Shown here one piece after another: positions 17,285 through 27,400 of a stretch of 64,000 nt of DNA (position 1 is the first letter of the stretch; each line of letters begins with the position of its first letter). Made by a program: the position numbers and the translations under genes. This stretch comes from Rubrivivax sp. (lineage in GTDB: Bacteria > Pseudomonadota > Gammaproteobacteria > Burkholderiales > Burkholderiaceae_C): contig JANMKK010000023.1 of assembly GCA_031372005.1 (NCBI GenBank), positions 28,724 through 92,723 on the forward strand, given 5' to 3'. The notes beneath the pieces are model-generated. The model worked only from the letters and a program-made list of their open reading frames with translations. It had not been told where the DNA came from and did not search any database.

Positions 17285-18811
17285 TTACCCGGGCAGGCGG
17301 CCGTCGTCCAGAAACGCCAGCACGCGCTCGATGACCTGAGCGTCCTTCAGAACCTTGAAGTGACCCAGCCCCTGGGTGAGCAGCAGTTCGGACGAAGGGT
17401 CCCCTGCCACGAACTGTTGCGTGCGGTGCACGGGCGCGTGCTGGTCATCACGGTCGTGTATGAACAGCCGCGCCGGCGCATGGGGCGTGCGGTGCAGCGG
17501 CAGGCAGGCCGCAAAGGACTGTTGCTCCAGCGGGCGGCCACCGATCTCTCCGAACCACTGCCGCAGTGGCGGCGCCAGGCGTTCGGGCATCGAAAAGTAG
17601 TCCATGAAGCTGGACAGGCTTGACTCCAGGTCGGGATACGGCGCCAAGTAGACGCACTTGCGCAGCGTGGCGCCAACCGGAAATTCCAGCAGCGCCATCA
17701 TCGTCACGTAGGTGCCGGCCGAGTGGCTGACCACCGCATGAAGATCGCCGAGTTGGCGCATGACCTCTGCGATCTGCTTCACGGGCGCGTCGCTGATGAT
17801 CGACCCTGCTGGCGAGTTGCCATGGTTGAGCCCGTCAACCGCGACGACGCGATAACCCCGCGCGACCAGCGCCAGGATCATCACGTGAAAGTTTGCCGAG
17901 CTGCCGAGCAGCCCGTGGATCATCAGCACGGTGGGGCCCTGCCCGAACGCATACCCGGCGAGCCCGATGTCGCCGCAGCGGAAGTCGAGCCGTTGCGCGG
18001 TGCCCAGGAAGGCTTGCTCGGCCGGGCGCAGGGGCCGCTTGGGCATGCGTGACAGCAGCCACTTGAACACGCCGATGGACGCGGTGGGCCAGACCCGGGC
18101 GCTGACGCGGAAGAAGGCGCGCAGCGGCGCCAGCACCGCCGGTGGCAGCTGAACCACCGTGCGCGGCCGCGGAAGGTCGCGGTCGCGGTCGAGGCCCAGG
18201 GACTGGTCTTGGCGCTGGTCTTGGCGCTGGTCTTCACGCGGGTGCTCGCGCTGGTGTTCGCGCTGCTTCATGCGCTGCTCGGCCTCTTGTTTGATGAGCC
18301 TGAGGATCTCGCGCCGGATCAGCCCGCTGAAGGGCTTGATCGCCAGCCAATACAGCCAGAACTGAAACGTGGCGGCGCGGCCGATGCACAGCACGCGGGT
18401 CTCGGTGTCGACCAGCACCTTGCGGTCGCCCTGGCGACTGAATCGAAAGCTGAAAACCACCTTCTGCGTCACGTCGGCAGGGTCGGTGGCGGCGCCGTGC
18501 GGATGCAGCAGCGGCTCCAGGCGACCGCGCCGGCGGTAGCCGATCAGAAACTCGTCCGGTGCGGACTCTTCAAGGTCCGTCCAACCCATCGCGGCGGTGA
18601 AGGCCCGTGCATTCAGCCGTGACACCGGCAGGCCGCGCAGCTTGAACAGCAACGGCACCACGGGCGAGCGCGAGAGGTCGAGGTCACGGGCGATCGCATA
18701 CACCTCGTTGACGTCGTCGCTGTTGATCGCGATGTCGTAGCGGTGGCCGAAGGTGAAGTGCGGCAGATAGCGGTCGATCAGACCGGGCGACGGGGTGCGG
18801 GTGGCAAACAT
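17285..18811 (-). CDS. Two-domain protein: N-terminal DUF2867-like domain fused by a repetitive linker to an alpha/beta hydrolase (candidate thioesterase/esterase)
   Basis: N-domain ends TETRV...YWLAIKPFSGLIRREIL. The C-domain has HGLLG, SHSAG (nucleophile Ser), HDRDD and GLGH (triad). The start is taken as ATG 18811 (agga RBS); the ORF is open to 18955. Confidence 0.7.
   Translation of the reverse strand: MFATRTPSPGLIDRYLPHFTFGHRYDIAINSDDVNEVYAIARDLDLSRSPVVPLLFKLRGLPVSRLNARAFTAAMGWTDLEESAPDEFLIGYRRRGRLEPLLHPHGAATDPADVTQKVVFSFRFSRQGDRKVLVDTETRVLCIGRAATFQFWLYWLAIKPFSGLIRREILRLIKQEAEQRMKQREHQREHPREDQRQDQRQDQSLGLDRDRDLPRPRTVVQLPPAVLAPLRAFFRVSARVWPTASIGVFKWLLSRMPKRPLRPAEQAFLGTAQRLDFRCGDIGLAGYAFGQGPTVLMIHGLLGSSANFHVMILALVARGYRVVAVDGLNHGNSPAGSIISDAPVKQIAEVMRQLGDLHAVVSHSAGTYVTMMALLEFPVGATLRKCVYLAPYPDLESSLSSFMDYFSMPERLAPPLRQWFGEIGGRPLEQQSFAACLPLHRTPHAPARLFIHDRDDQHAPVHRTQQFVAGDPSSELLLTQGLGHFKVLKDAQVIERVLAFLDDGRLPG
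18203..18266. repeat. In-frame 12-bp degenerate tandem repeat encoding the REHQ/RQDQ linker
   Basis: ctggtcttggcg x2 plus variants ctggtcttcacg, cgggtgctcgcg and ctggtgttcgcg. Confidence 0.8.
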
Positions 18812-18874
18812 GATCGTCCTCATGCGGTTGGCCTCGGGGGTCCGAGGGCGGGCGGCTCGGTCACGCTTGTCGAA

Positions 18875-18934
18875 GGAGATGCCAATACAGGACATGCCGA
18901 TGCAGGACATGCCGATGCAGGGCATGCCGTCCAG
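18875..18934. repeat. 15-bp tandem repeat (4 degenerate copies of GGACATGCCGATGCA) between the KS(S) gene and the hydrolase-fusion gene
   Basis: ggagatgccaataca, ggacatgccgatgca x2 and gggcatgccgtcca read directly; no spacers. Confidence 0.85.
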
Positions 18935-18968
18935 CTGCGTTTTGATTCTATGCACGGGCCTGTTCCAT

Positions 18969-20261
18969 TCAGGGCTGCTGCAGGCACAGCGCGGAGTTGA
19001 CGCCGCCGAAGCCGAAGCTCAGCGTCAACGCGTTGCGCACGCTGCAGCGCACGGCGCCGTCGCGTACCCAGTTCAGTGACGGGTCGATCGGCGCATGCAG
19101 ATTGCGCGTCGGGTGCAGCAGGCCGGCGCGCATCTGCAACAGCGTTGCGATGATCTCGACGGCACCCGCCGCGCTGAGCCCATGGCCGATGATCGACTTG
19201 GTGGCGTTCAGCCGTGCGCCGCGCAGGCCGCTGCGGCGGATGGCCTCGAGTTCGATCTCGTCGCCCAGTGGCGACGCGGTGCCGTGCGTGTTGACGTAGT
19301 CGATCTCGCCGGCAGCCATGCCGGAGCGCTGGAGCGCGCCGGCGATGGCACGCACTTCGCCTGGCAGCGACGGGTCGGGATTGCGGTGGCCGTCCATCGC
19401 GACAGCCCCGCCTGCGCAGGCCGCATAGGGGGCCACGCCGGCGCGCCGGATGCCGTCGGCGCGTTCGACCACGATCGCACCGCAGGCTTCGCCGAAGATG
19501 AATCCGTCGTGATCGGCGTCGAACGGGCGGCAGGCCGAAGCGGGATCGGCAGCATGGCGCTCGCTGCCCATGGCGCCGATCGAGCGGAAAGCCTGCAGCT
19601 CCCAGTACGACAGGTCCATCAGCGCGCCCATGGCGATGCAGACATCGACCTGGCCGCTGGACACCGCCTGCATGGCGTGCAGCACGGCGACCTGGCCGCT
19701 GGCCGACGCGCTGCCGATCGTGCAGGCGAACCCGCAGATGCCGAACAGTTCGGTCAGCAAACCGCACGCGTCGCTGTCCATGAACGCATGCGCGTAGCCT
19801 GGGCGCAGGTAGTAGGCGCGGTCGCGGTAGGCCTGATGCGTCAGGGTCAGCTCCCGCTGCTGGAAGTTGGAGCCGCCGATGACGAGGCCGATGCGCTCGG
19901 GCTCAACGTCGTGCAACCGCGCCTCGTCCCACGCTTCGGCCAGCGCCGCCAGCGCCACGCGGCTGGACCACGCGATGCCGCTCGGCACGCGCGCGTTCAG
20001 TGGCTCGGGCAGTTGCACCGATCCGATCTCGGCGCCGATGAAGGGCGGTGGCGCTTGCGCACCGCCCACAGCCGGAAGCTGCCGCCCTTCACGCCGCAGC
20101 GGGCCGAACACGTTGCGCGGCTGAAGCATCCCGTCCAGCAAGGCGGCCTTGCCCTGGCCCAAGGCTGTCACGACGCCCAGCCCGGTGACCACCACGCGCG
20201 CGCTGCCCGTGGCAATGCCCGGGAACGGCACCGCACGCACCACCGATGCGAGGTCAGGCAA
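18969..20261 (-). CDS. Decarboxylating stand-alone KS of the beta-branching cassette (PksF-like, Cys-to-Ser); start uncertain (TTG 20261; ORF open to 20330)
   Basis: TIGSASASGQVA (Ser in place of Cys), ALMDLSYWE, HGTAS and KSIIGHGLSAAG. Confidence 0.9.
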   Translation of the reverse strand: MPDLASVVRAVPFPGIATGSARVVVTGLGVVTALGQGKAALLDGMLQPRNVFGPLRREGRQLPAVGGAQAPPPFIGAEIGSVQLPEPLNARVPSGIAWSSRVALAALAEAWDEARLHDVEPERIGLVIGGSNFQQRELTLTHQAYRDRAYYLRPGYAHAFMDSDACGLLTELFGICGFACTIGSASASGQVAVLHAMQAVSSGQVDVCIAMGALMDLSYWELQAFRSIGAMGSERHAADPASACRPFDADHDGFIFGEACGAIVVERADGIRRAGVAPYAACAGGAVAMDGHRNPDPSLPGEVRAIAGALQRSGMAAGEIDYVNTHGTASPLGDEIELEAIRRSGLRGARLNATKSIIGHGLSAAGAVEIIATLLQMRAGLLHPTRNLHAPIDPSLNWVRDGAVRCSVRNALTLSFGFGGVNSALCLQQP

Positions 20262-20520
20262 GCTCGCCTGCCTTGCGCGCGGCCACGAACCCGGCCAACC
20301 GCTCGGCCAGTTCACCGACGTTGCCTGCACCGGCCAGCTCGACCAGCGGCACCTGCAGCGACAGCGTCTCCAGGGTGAGCATCACGATCTCGGCGCGGTC
20401 GATCGAGTTGGCGCCGAGGTCGCGCAACGCATCGTCGAAGCGGAATGTATGAGCCGTGAGGTCGGGGCGGATGTCCCTGGTGTGGCGCACGATGATGTCG
20501 AAAATGGCTTGTGGGTTCAT
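20254..20520 (-). CDS. Beta-branching donor ACP (AcpK-like)
   Basis: LGANSIDRAEIV, the GANS motif typical of donor ACPs; adjacent to the KS(S) gene. Confidence 0.9.
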   Translation of the reverse strand: MNPQAIFDIIVRHTRDIRPDLTAHTFRFDDALRDLGANSIDRAEIVMLTLETLSLQVPLVELAGAGNVGELAERLAGFVAARKAGELA

Positions 20521-20601
20521 GGGGTGATCGAGAGATTGGGGGGTGCGTGGAAGAAGGTGGACACAGGGTCGGGGCGGTGACGGCGCAGCGGCCGGTGCGG
20601 C

Positions 20602-21411
20602 TCAGGCACCGGCCAACGAGGAGGTCTCGCGGGGCAGCGCGGTGTCGGCGGACCCGGCATCCGGTGTGCGCCGGACAACCTCCAGCACACGCAGGCCGCC
20701 GTCCAGCACGACCAGCGGCGTGACGAAACGGCCGAGGCGGAAGAACACCTTGCGCCGCTCCGTCACCAGGTAGCCGTCGAAGTTCTTGTACTCCAGCAGG
20801 AAGTTCGCGGCCCGCGCCACCGGCGAACTGACCTCGGGCCGGTAGTCGTGCCTCATCAGCAGATCCGAGCCGTCGAAGTACATCGTCTCGATCGGGCTGT
20901 GCGTGTGGGAGCCGACCGGGTAGCGGAAGTCGATGCGCGTGCGCCAGTCGCCGCGGCTGCGCGTCTTCATCGCCAGCACCTCCACGCCCTGCAGCGAGAA
21001 CGGCAAAGAGCCGTAGTGGGTCATCGCGTAGCCGAAGAAGTACGTCGCCTCCAGCGTGGACCACGGACGCCCCAGGCGCGACACGCTCATCATGTCGTGG
21101 CGAAAGTTGTCCGACTTGAACACCGGGACTTCACCCGTGGCCACCACGGCCACCCGCCCCTGGTCGTAGACGCAGTCGCGTCCCGCGCCGGCATAGTCGT
21201 GCAGCACCAGCTTGTTGTAGCGTGGCATCACGGTGACGATGTCCGGCATGGGGAACTGGGTCTTCAGGCCGCGGCGCGACATGCCGAAGCCTCCCAGCGC
21301 GTAGACCTTGCAGACGATGCGCTCGATCTGCTCATAGCGGTCACGGCCACCGTGCCGTTCCATCGCGCGTTCGATCACCGCCTGTGCGGCGGCCTGGATG
21401 TCGTTGTTCAT
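20602..21411 (-). CDS. Uncharacterised protein (269 aa), translationally coupled to the last PKS
   Basis: ATGA overlap with the PKS stop (21408-21411). It contains HGG, PWS..E..YF.GYA and THS..ETMYFDG..LL.RHDY, a pattern I recall from a widespread family of unknown function. Confidence 0.8.
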   Translation of the reverse strand: MNNDIQAAAQAVIERAMERHGGRDRYEQIERIVCKVYALGGFGMSRRGLKTQFPMPDIVTVMPRYNKLVLHDYAGAGRDCVYDQGRVAVVATGEVPVFKSDNFRHDMMSVSRLGRPWSTLEATYFFGYAMTHYGSLPFSLQGVEVLAMKTRSRGDWRTRIDFRYPVGSHTHSPIETMYFDGSDLLMRHDYRPEVSSPVARAANFLLEYKNFDGYLVTERRKVFFRLGRFVTPLVVLDGGLRVLEVVRRTPDAGSADTALPRETSSLAGA

Positions 21412-24400
21412 GAGGACTCCTGTGTTGCGTTGAGGGCACCCCCAGGCGGCGGCAATGGGCCGGCGCCGTCCCCTGCGGGTGTGGAGTCGACTCGGGAACG
21501 GCCCTTATTCGACTCGGGAGACGATTCGTGCGCCGCGTCAGTGCCAGCGTCATGGACCGCCGGGGCGGCGCGTCGCGGCCTGCGGGGGGACTTCGCGGCC
21601 TTCAAGGACTTCAAGGACTTCGAGGACTTCGAGGCCGGACCGTGCAGCGCGGTCATTCCGGTGCCGCCCTCCACCCAGTGGCGCACCGCCGCCAGTGGAT
21701 GCCCGGGCAGCGCCACGCGCTGCGCGGGCGCGCCGGTCGGCAGCTGCTGCCAGGGCACCTCGCCGCCGGCGACCCAGTGCCGGGCCAGCGCATCAAGGTC
21801 CGTGGCCTGCAGCCAGCTCTGGACGGTGGCGGTCGGCACGGCCGGTAGCCCGCGCGTTGCCGTGCCACGCCACAGGCGCATGCCCTGCGGGCTGTCCGCG
21901 CCCCCATCGACAACCCGGCGCAGGGCGGCAAACAACTGATCGCGGTCGGCGGCCACGACCGCCAGTCGGTGCTCCATCGCGTCGCGGCCGCGCTGCAGCG
22001 TGTAGGCCACGTCGGCCAGTGCAAGCTCTGCCTGCGCGGTCACCGCATCCAGCAGCCGCCGCGCCGATTCGTGCAGCGCCGCAGCAGTACGCGCCGACAG
22101 CACGATCAGGTCGGCACCACCCGCAGCAGCCTGCGGCAATGCCGCCGCGCCCTGCGCGCGGGCCCCGGGGATGTACTCCTCCAGCACCAGGTGGGCGTTG
22201 ATGCCGCTGAAGCCGTAGCTGTTGATGGCGGCACGGCGCGGCAGCGGCCGCCCTGCGGCGTCGAGGACTGCGGGCCACGGCGCGTTGTCGGCCGTGAAGT
22301 GGAAGGCCCCGGTCTTGCCGGCCAGGTTGTCATGCACCTGCGTGAAGCCGGCGATGCCGGGCAGTACCCGATCCCGTAACGCCATCGTGACGCGGACCAG
22401 TGCTGCCATGCCCGAAGCGACCTCGGTGTAGCCGATGCACGGCTTGGCGCTGCCCACTTGCTGCCGCTCGAGCACGCCCTCGGTGCCCTGGAACGTGGCA
22501 GCCAGGCGCTGGAACTCGCTCTTCAGCGCTGCGAACTCGATCGCGTCGCCCAGCGGTGAAGCGGTGCCGTGGGCCTCGACATAGGCCACGCTGCGGGGGT
22601 CGATGCCGCTGGCCTGGTAGGCGCGGCGGATGGCCTCGCGCATGCCGCTGCCGTTGGGCGTGGTCATCGAGACGGTGTGGCCGCCATGCGCGACGCCGAC
22701 GCCGCGGATGACGGCGTGGATGCGGTTGCAGTCGGCCACGGCGTCGCGCAAGGGCTTGACGATCACCGCGCCCACGCCCTCGGCCCTGACGAAGCCGTCG
22801 GCCTCGGCCTGGAACGCGGCCATGCGGCCGGTCGCACTGAGGTAGCCCATGGCCTCGAAGCCGATGTGCCCGGTGGGCGTCAGCAGCAGGTTGACGGCAC
22901 CCACGATGGCCTGCCGGCATTCCCCGCTGCGGATCGCCTGCACCGCGCGGTGCAACGCCACCAGCGTTGACGAACAGGCGGTGTCGCACAACTCGCTGGG
23001 ACCGTGCAGGTCCAGGCTGTGCGAGATGCGGCTTGCGATCATCGACGTCGACAAACCCGTCACCATCAACGGCACGTCCTGCGGGTCGGAAACGCTGTTC
23101 AGGTATTCGCTGGGCACCGTGGCGACGAACACGCCAGTCGACACCTTGCGCAGTTCGCGCGGCGCAATGGCCGCGTCCTCCAGCGCCTTCCACGCGTGCG
23201 TCAACAGCAGCCGCTGCTGCGGCGACATGCAGCTCGCTTCCTTGGGTGTGATGCCGAAGAACTCGGCGTCGAAGGTGTCGATGCCGTCCAGGAAACCGCC
23301 CCACTTGAAGCAGTTTTGGTTGAAGGACTGTGCGGGGTCGCCCCCGACCTGCTCCCAGTCCCAGCGCTGCGCGGGCACCGCGGTGACGCTGTTCACGCCC
23401 GCGAGCTGGTTGCGCCAGAACGTGTCGGCATCGGGTGCGCCGGCGAAGCTCGCGCTCAGCCCGACGATCGCGATCGCGTCCCCGGGCACGGACTCGACGG
23501 CCGTGGCGGTAGCGGCAGCCACGTTGCGCGGTGCAGACAAGAAGCGGTCGTTGGGCCGTTCTGCGGACGGCACCTGCAACACCTTCGGCGGCGTGCTGTC
23601 CGGCAAGGCAACGCCGGCTGCCCGAGCACACGACCGCGTGATCGCTTCAAGGTGTTCGCCCAGCAGGTGGTCGGCCAGCCGGCGCACCGTGCCGTGGTCG
23701 AAGAACAGCGTCACGTCCAGCTCGATGCCGAAGACCTCGTTCAGCGTCTGGGCCAGGTGCACGCCAGTGATCGAGTCCAGCCCGTAATCCGAGAAGGGTT
23801 CGTCGAGGTCGATCGCGTCGCCGTCGACTTTCAGGGCCTGGGCGAGGATGCGCTTGACCGACGCCACGGCATGCGCCCGGACCGCGTCCGCCTCGGGCGC
23901 CGCCACAGCCACTGTGGGCGCGGCGGCAGCTGCCGGCGGCGAGCTGGACTGGGGCATGGCCTGTGCCGGGGTCGCCAGGAAGGCGGCGTAGGCGCCGCGC
24001 GCCAGTTCGGCCAACGGCCGGGTCACGGCCACCAGCGCGAGCTGGGATGCGGGGTCGGCGAGCAGGATCTCCAGCGCCTGCATCGCCTGTGCAGGCTCGA
24101 TCGAACCGACGCCCAGCCTTGCCATGCGCTGGCGCAGAGCCGGTGTTGCCCCAACACCGACGCTTCCCCAATAGCCCCAGTTCATCACCTTGACGGCGCA
24201 CGGCCAGTCCTGTGCCAGTCGCTGCGCGATGGCGTCGGTGGCGGCGCAGCCGGCCACGTAGCCGCACTGCCCCGGAGGCCGCGCGTGCGCCACCAGCGAC
24301 GAGAAGAACAGCACGAAGTCCAGCGCCTCGGCGCCAAAGACCTGCGCCATGCGCACGCTGACGTCGACCTTGGCCGCCAACACGGCGCGCAGGTCCGCCT

Positions 24401-27400
24401 CGTCCATCGCTGCAAGGCTGCGGTCCTTCAAGACGACCGCCGAGTGCACGATGCCGTGGATGCGCGGGAAGGACTGGCGCACGGCTTCATACGCCGCCTG
24501 CAGCGATTCGCGCCGGGTGGCGTCGGCGCTCAGGTACACCGGCCGCGGCCCCAGGCTGCCCAACCGGTCCCGCGCAGCGCGCAGTGCATCGGTCTCCGCA
24601 CGCCGCCCGATCCACACGATCTGGGCCTGGTAGGTGCGGATCATGTATTCGCTCCACACCTCGCCGATGCCGCTGCCCCCACCGATCACGACGTACACGC
24701 CATGCATTCGGTAGGCCGAGTCGCGTGCATGCGGCTGCGGGTTGTTGCCGATGATCTGCAGCGCTGCGAGCTTGTGCTGCACCCAGTCAGCGCCCCGCCG
24801 GGCCCAGGCGCTGCCGCCCGCATCGCAAGGCAGCGAGAAGGCCTCGCCCAGCAGCGCGGCAGCGGCCGGGGCGCCGCCGTCGCCGGTCCCGGTCCAACCC
24901 GGCGGCAGGTCGATCGACCGCACGCGCCAGGACGGCAGCTCCTTGGCCAGCGAGCCCGCCAGGCCGATGACGCCGGCATGCGTCGGGTCTATCGCCGCGT
25001 CACGCTGCGTGCAGCCGGTGGTGATGACCGTCAGGCCCAGCGGCCGTGTGCCGTGGCCGTGCGCCAGCAGCGCCTTCAGCGTGCGCAACAGCGCAACGAC
25101 GCCGCGCTCCTGGTCGGTGACGATGCTTTCGGACGCCGCCGACTCCGGCGCCGCGCGGGGGGCGACCCACACGCAGTGTTCGATGTCGCGCAGCAGCGCT
25201 TGCGGATCTGCCGGCAACCCGGCGGCGATGGTGGCTGCCGGATATACGCGGTGCAACACGGCTGCCGCATCGGCATCGTCGGCCAGCACCAGCAGACGCC
25301 GGCCGTCTGCCGGCCGCAGCCCGTCGGGCCGGGTGCGCAAGATCTCGGCCACCGGCGCCAGCAGCAGCGTGTGCGGCTGGTCGGCTTCGGGTGGGGCCAG
25401 AGTCGCCGGGGCTGACGGCAGGGTTTGCGCGTCCGGCAGTGCACGCGACAGCAAGCCTTCGATGCGCACGCACACCTGGCCGGTGTCGTCGCAGACGTCG
25501 ATGTCCAACGCCTGGACGGCACGGTCGGCGGCCGCCTGGGCGCGCGCCGGGCGCACCCAGGCCCACATCGACTTGGTGCACGGCGCGACCAATTCCAGCG
25601 CCTTCAAGTGAAAGGGCAGCAGCGGCCGGCCGGTCGGCGGTGCGCCATCGCGCCAGAGCAGTCCGATGCCAGCCTGCAGCGCGGCGTCGAGCAGGCTCGG
25701 GTGCAGCAGGTACCCACCCAGCCCCGGCAGCAGTGGCGCCGGCAGTTGCAGGCGCGCCAGCACCTCGGCCTGTCCAGCGCTGCCGACGAACAACTCGGCC
25801 AGCGCGCGGTGCCCCGGCCCATAGCTCAGGCCCATCGACTCGAATGCTGCGTACACCGCATCGGCCGCCAGCACGCGGCCGCCACAGCGGCTTCGCAGCC
25901 CGGCGAGGTCGAGCGGGGCAGCAGCACGGGCAGCGGCAACGTCAGCGTCAACGTCAACGTCAACGTCAACGGCAACGGCAACGGCATTCGCCCGCGCTGC
26001 CGGAGCATCGACCGTGGCCAGGCCCTGGCAATGAAGGCGCGGCTCGCCGCCCGGCGGCTGCACGCGCACCTGGAAGGCGACTTCGCCGTCACCCTGCAAC
26101 GCCAGCTCGACGCGGACATCGAGCCCGGAGCCCGGCTCGGCCACCATCGGCAGCATCCACACCACGTTTCGCAGGCGGCGCACCGGCTGGCGTGCGGCGT
26201 CGGCCAGTGCGGCGCGGCCCATCTCGAGGTACGCCGCCGCCGGCAGCACGCGCCGGCCGAGTGCAACGTGGTCGCGCAGGAAAAACTCCTCGCCGCCGAA
26301 GCGCGCGCGGTAGCGCTGGCTGGTGAAGTCCGAGATGTTGTCGTGCAGCAAAGGGTGCAACTCGACCGCCGCGCCCGCCGCGCCCGCCGTGGGTGTCGAG
26401 CGGGGCACGTTGGCAGTCGCCGCCGGCACCCAGTAGCGCTCGCGAGCAAACGGGTACGGCGGCAGACTGATGCGCTGCGGCCGCTGCGTGTCCGGGTACA
26501 GACGCGGCCAGTCGACCTTCAGCCCCTTGACCCAGAGCTCGGCCAGCTTGTGCAGTTTGCCCTTGGCCAGCCAGGCGGCCACGGCCTGCTCCATGTCCTC
26601 GTCGTCGTGGAAGATGGACATCGACTCGCGGTGTGGCCGCGTGCTGCCCAGGTACAGGCCGACGCCACGCTCTGCGCCGCCCGTCACCGCCTCCAGGCCG
26701 GCGCGCAGCTCAGCCAACGAGCCGACCACGAGCACCAGCCGTTCGGCCATCGCGTCGCGGCCGACCTGCAAGGTGTACGAGAGATCGCGCAACGTGTGCT
26801 CGCCGATCGGCCGGCCGTGGTGGTGTCCGTCGCGCAGCGCCTGCAACAACCGCTGAGCGGCCTGCAGCACCTGCGGCCGGGTGCGCGCGGACAGCGGCAC
26901 CAGCCAGGTTCCGGCCACGGCGCCGGGCCCGGCAGGCTCGGTGGCATCGGGGTATTCCTCCAGCACCACGTGCGCATTGGAGCCACCGAAGCCAAAGGCG
27001 CTGACGCCGGCGCGGCGCGGCAGCAAGCGGCCATCGGCATCGCGGCACGCATCCCAGCTGCGGGCCTGCTGCACCACGTAAAACGGGCTGCCGTCGAGCA
27101 GCAGGTAGGGGTTGGGCTCATCGCTGTGCAGGCTGCGGGCCAGCGTGCGGTGGCGCAGCTGCATCAGCACCTTCATCACACCGGCCACGCCTGCGGCCAG
27201 TTCCAGGTGGCCGATGTTGCTCTTGACGGAGCCCAGGCCGCAGTGAGGTTCGGCCGGCTCGGCGGCGCCGACCTCGCGGTACAGGCCCGCGAACGCACTT
27301 TTCAGCCCGTTGACCTCAATCGGGTCGCCCAGCTCGGTTCCGGTGCCGTGAGCCTCGATGTAGCCGATGCTGCGCGGGTCGACACCGGCCTGGCGGTGCG

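Noticed and set aside
18875-18934. Possible CRISPR array or other spaced repeat
   Set aside because: The units are 15 bp, directly adjacent, with no spacers. No cas genes are present in the window.
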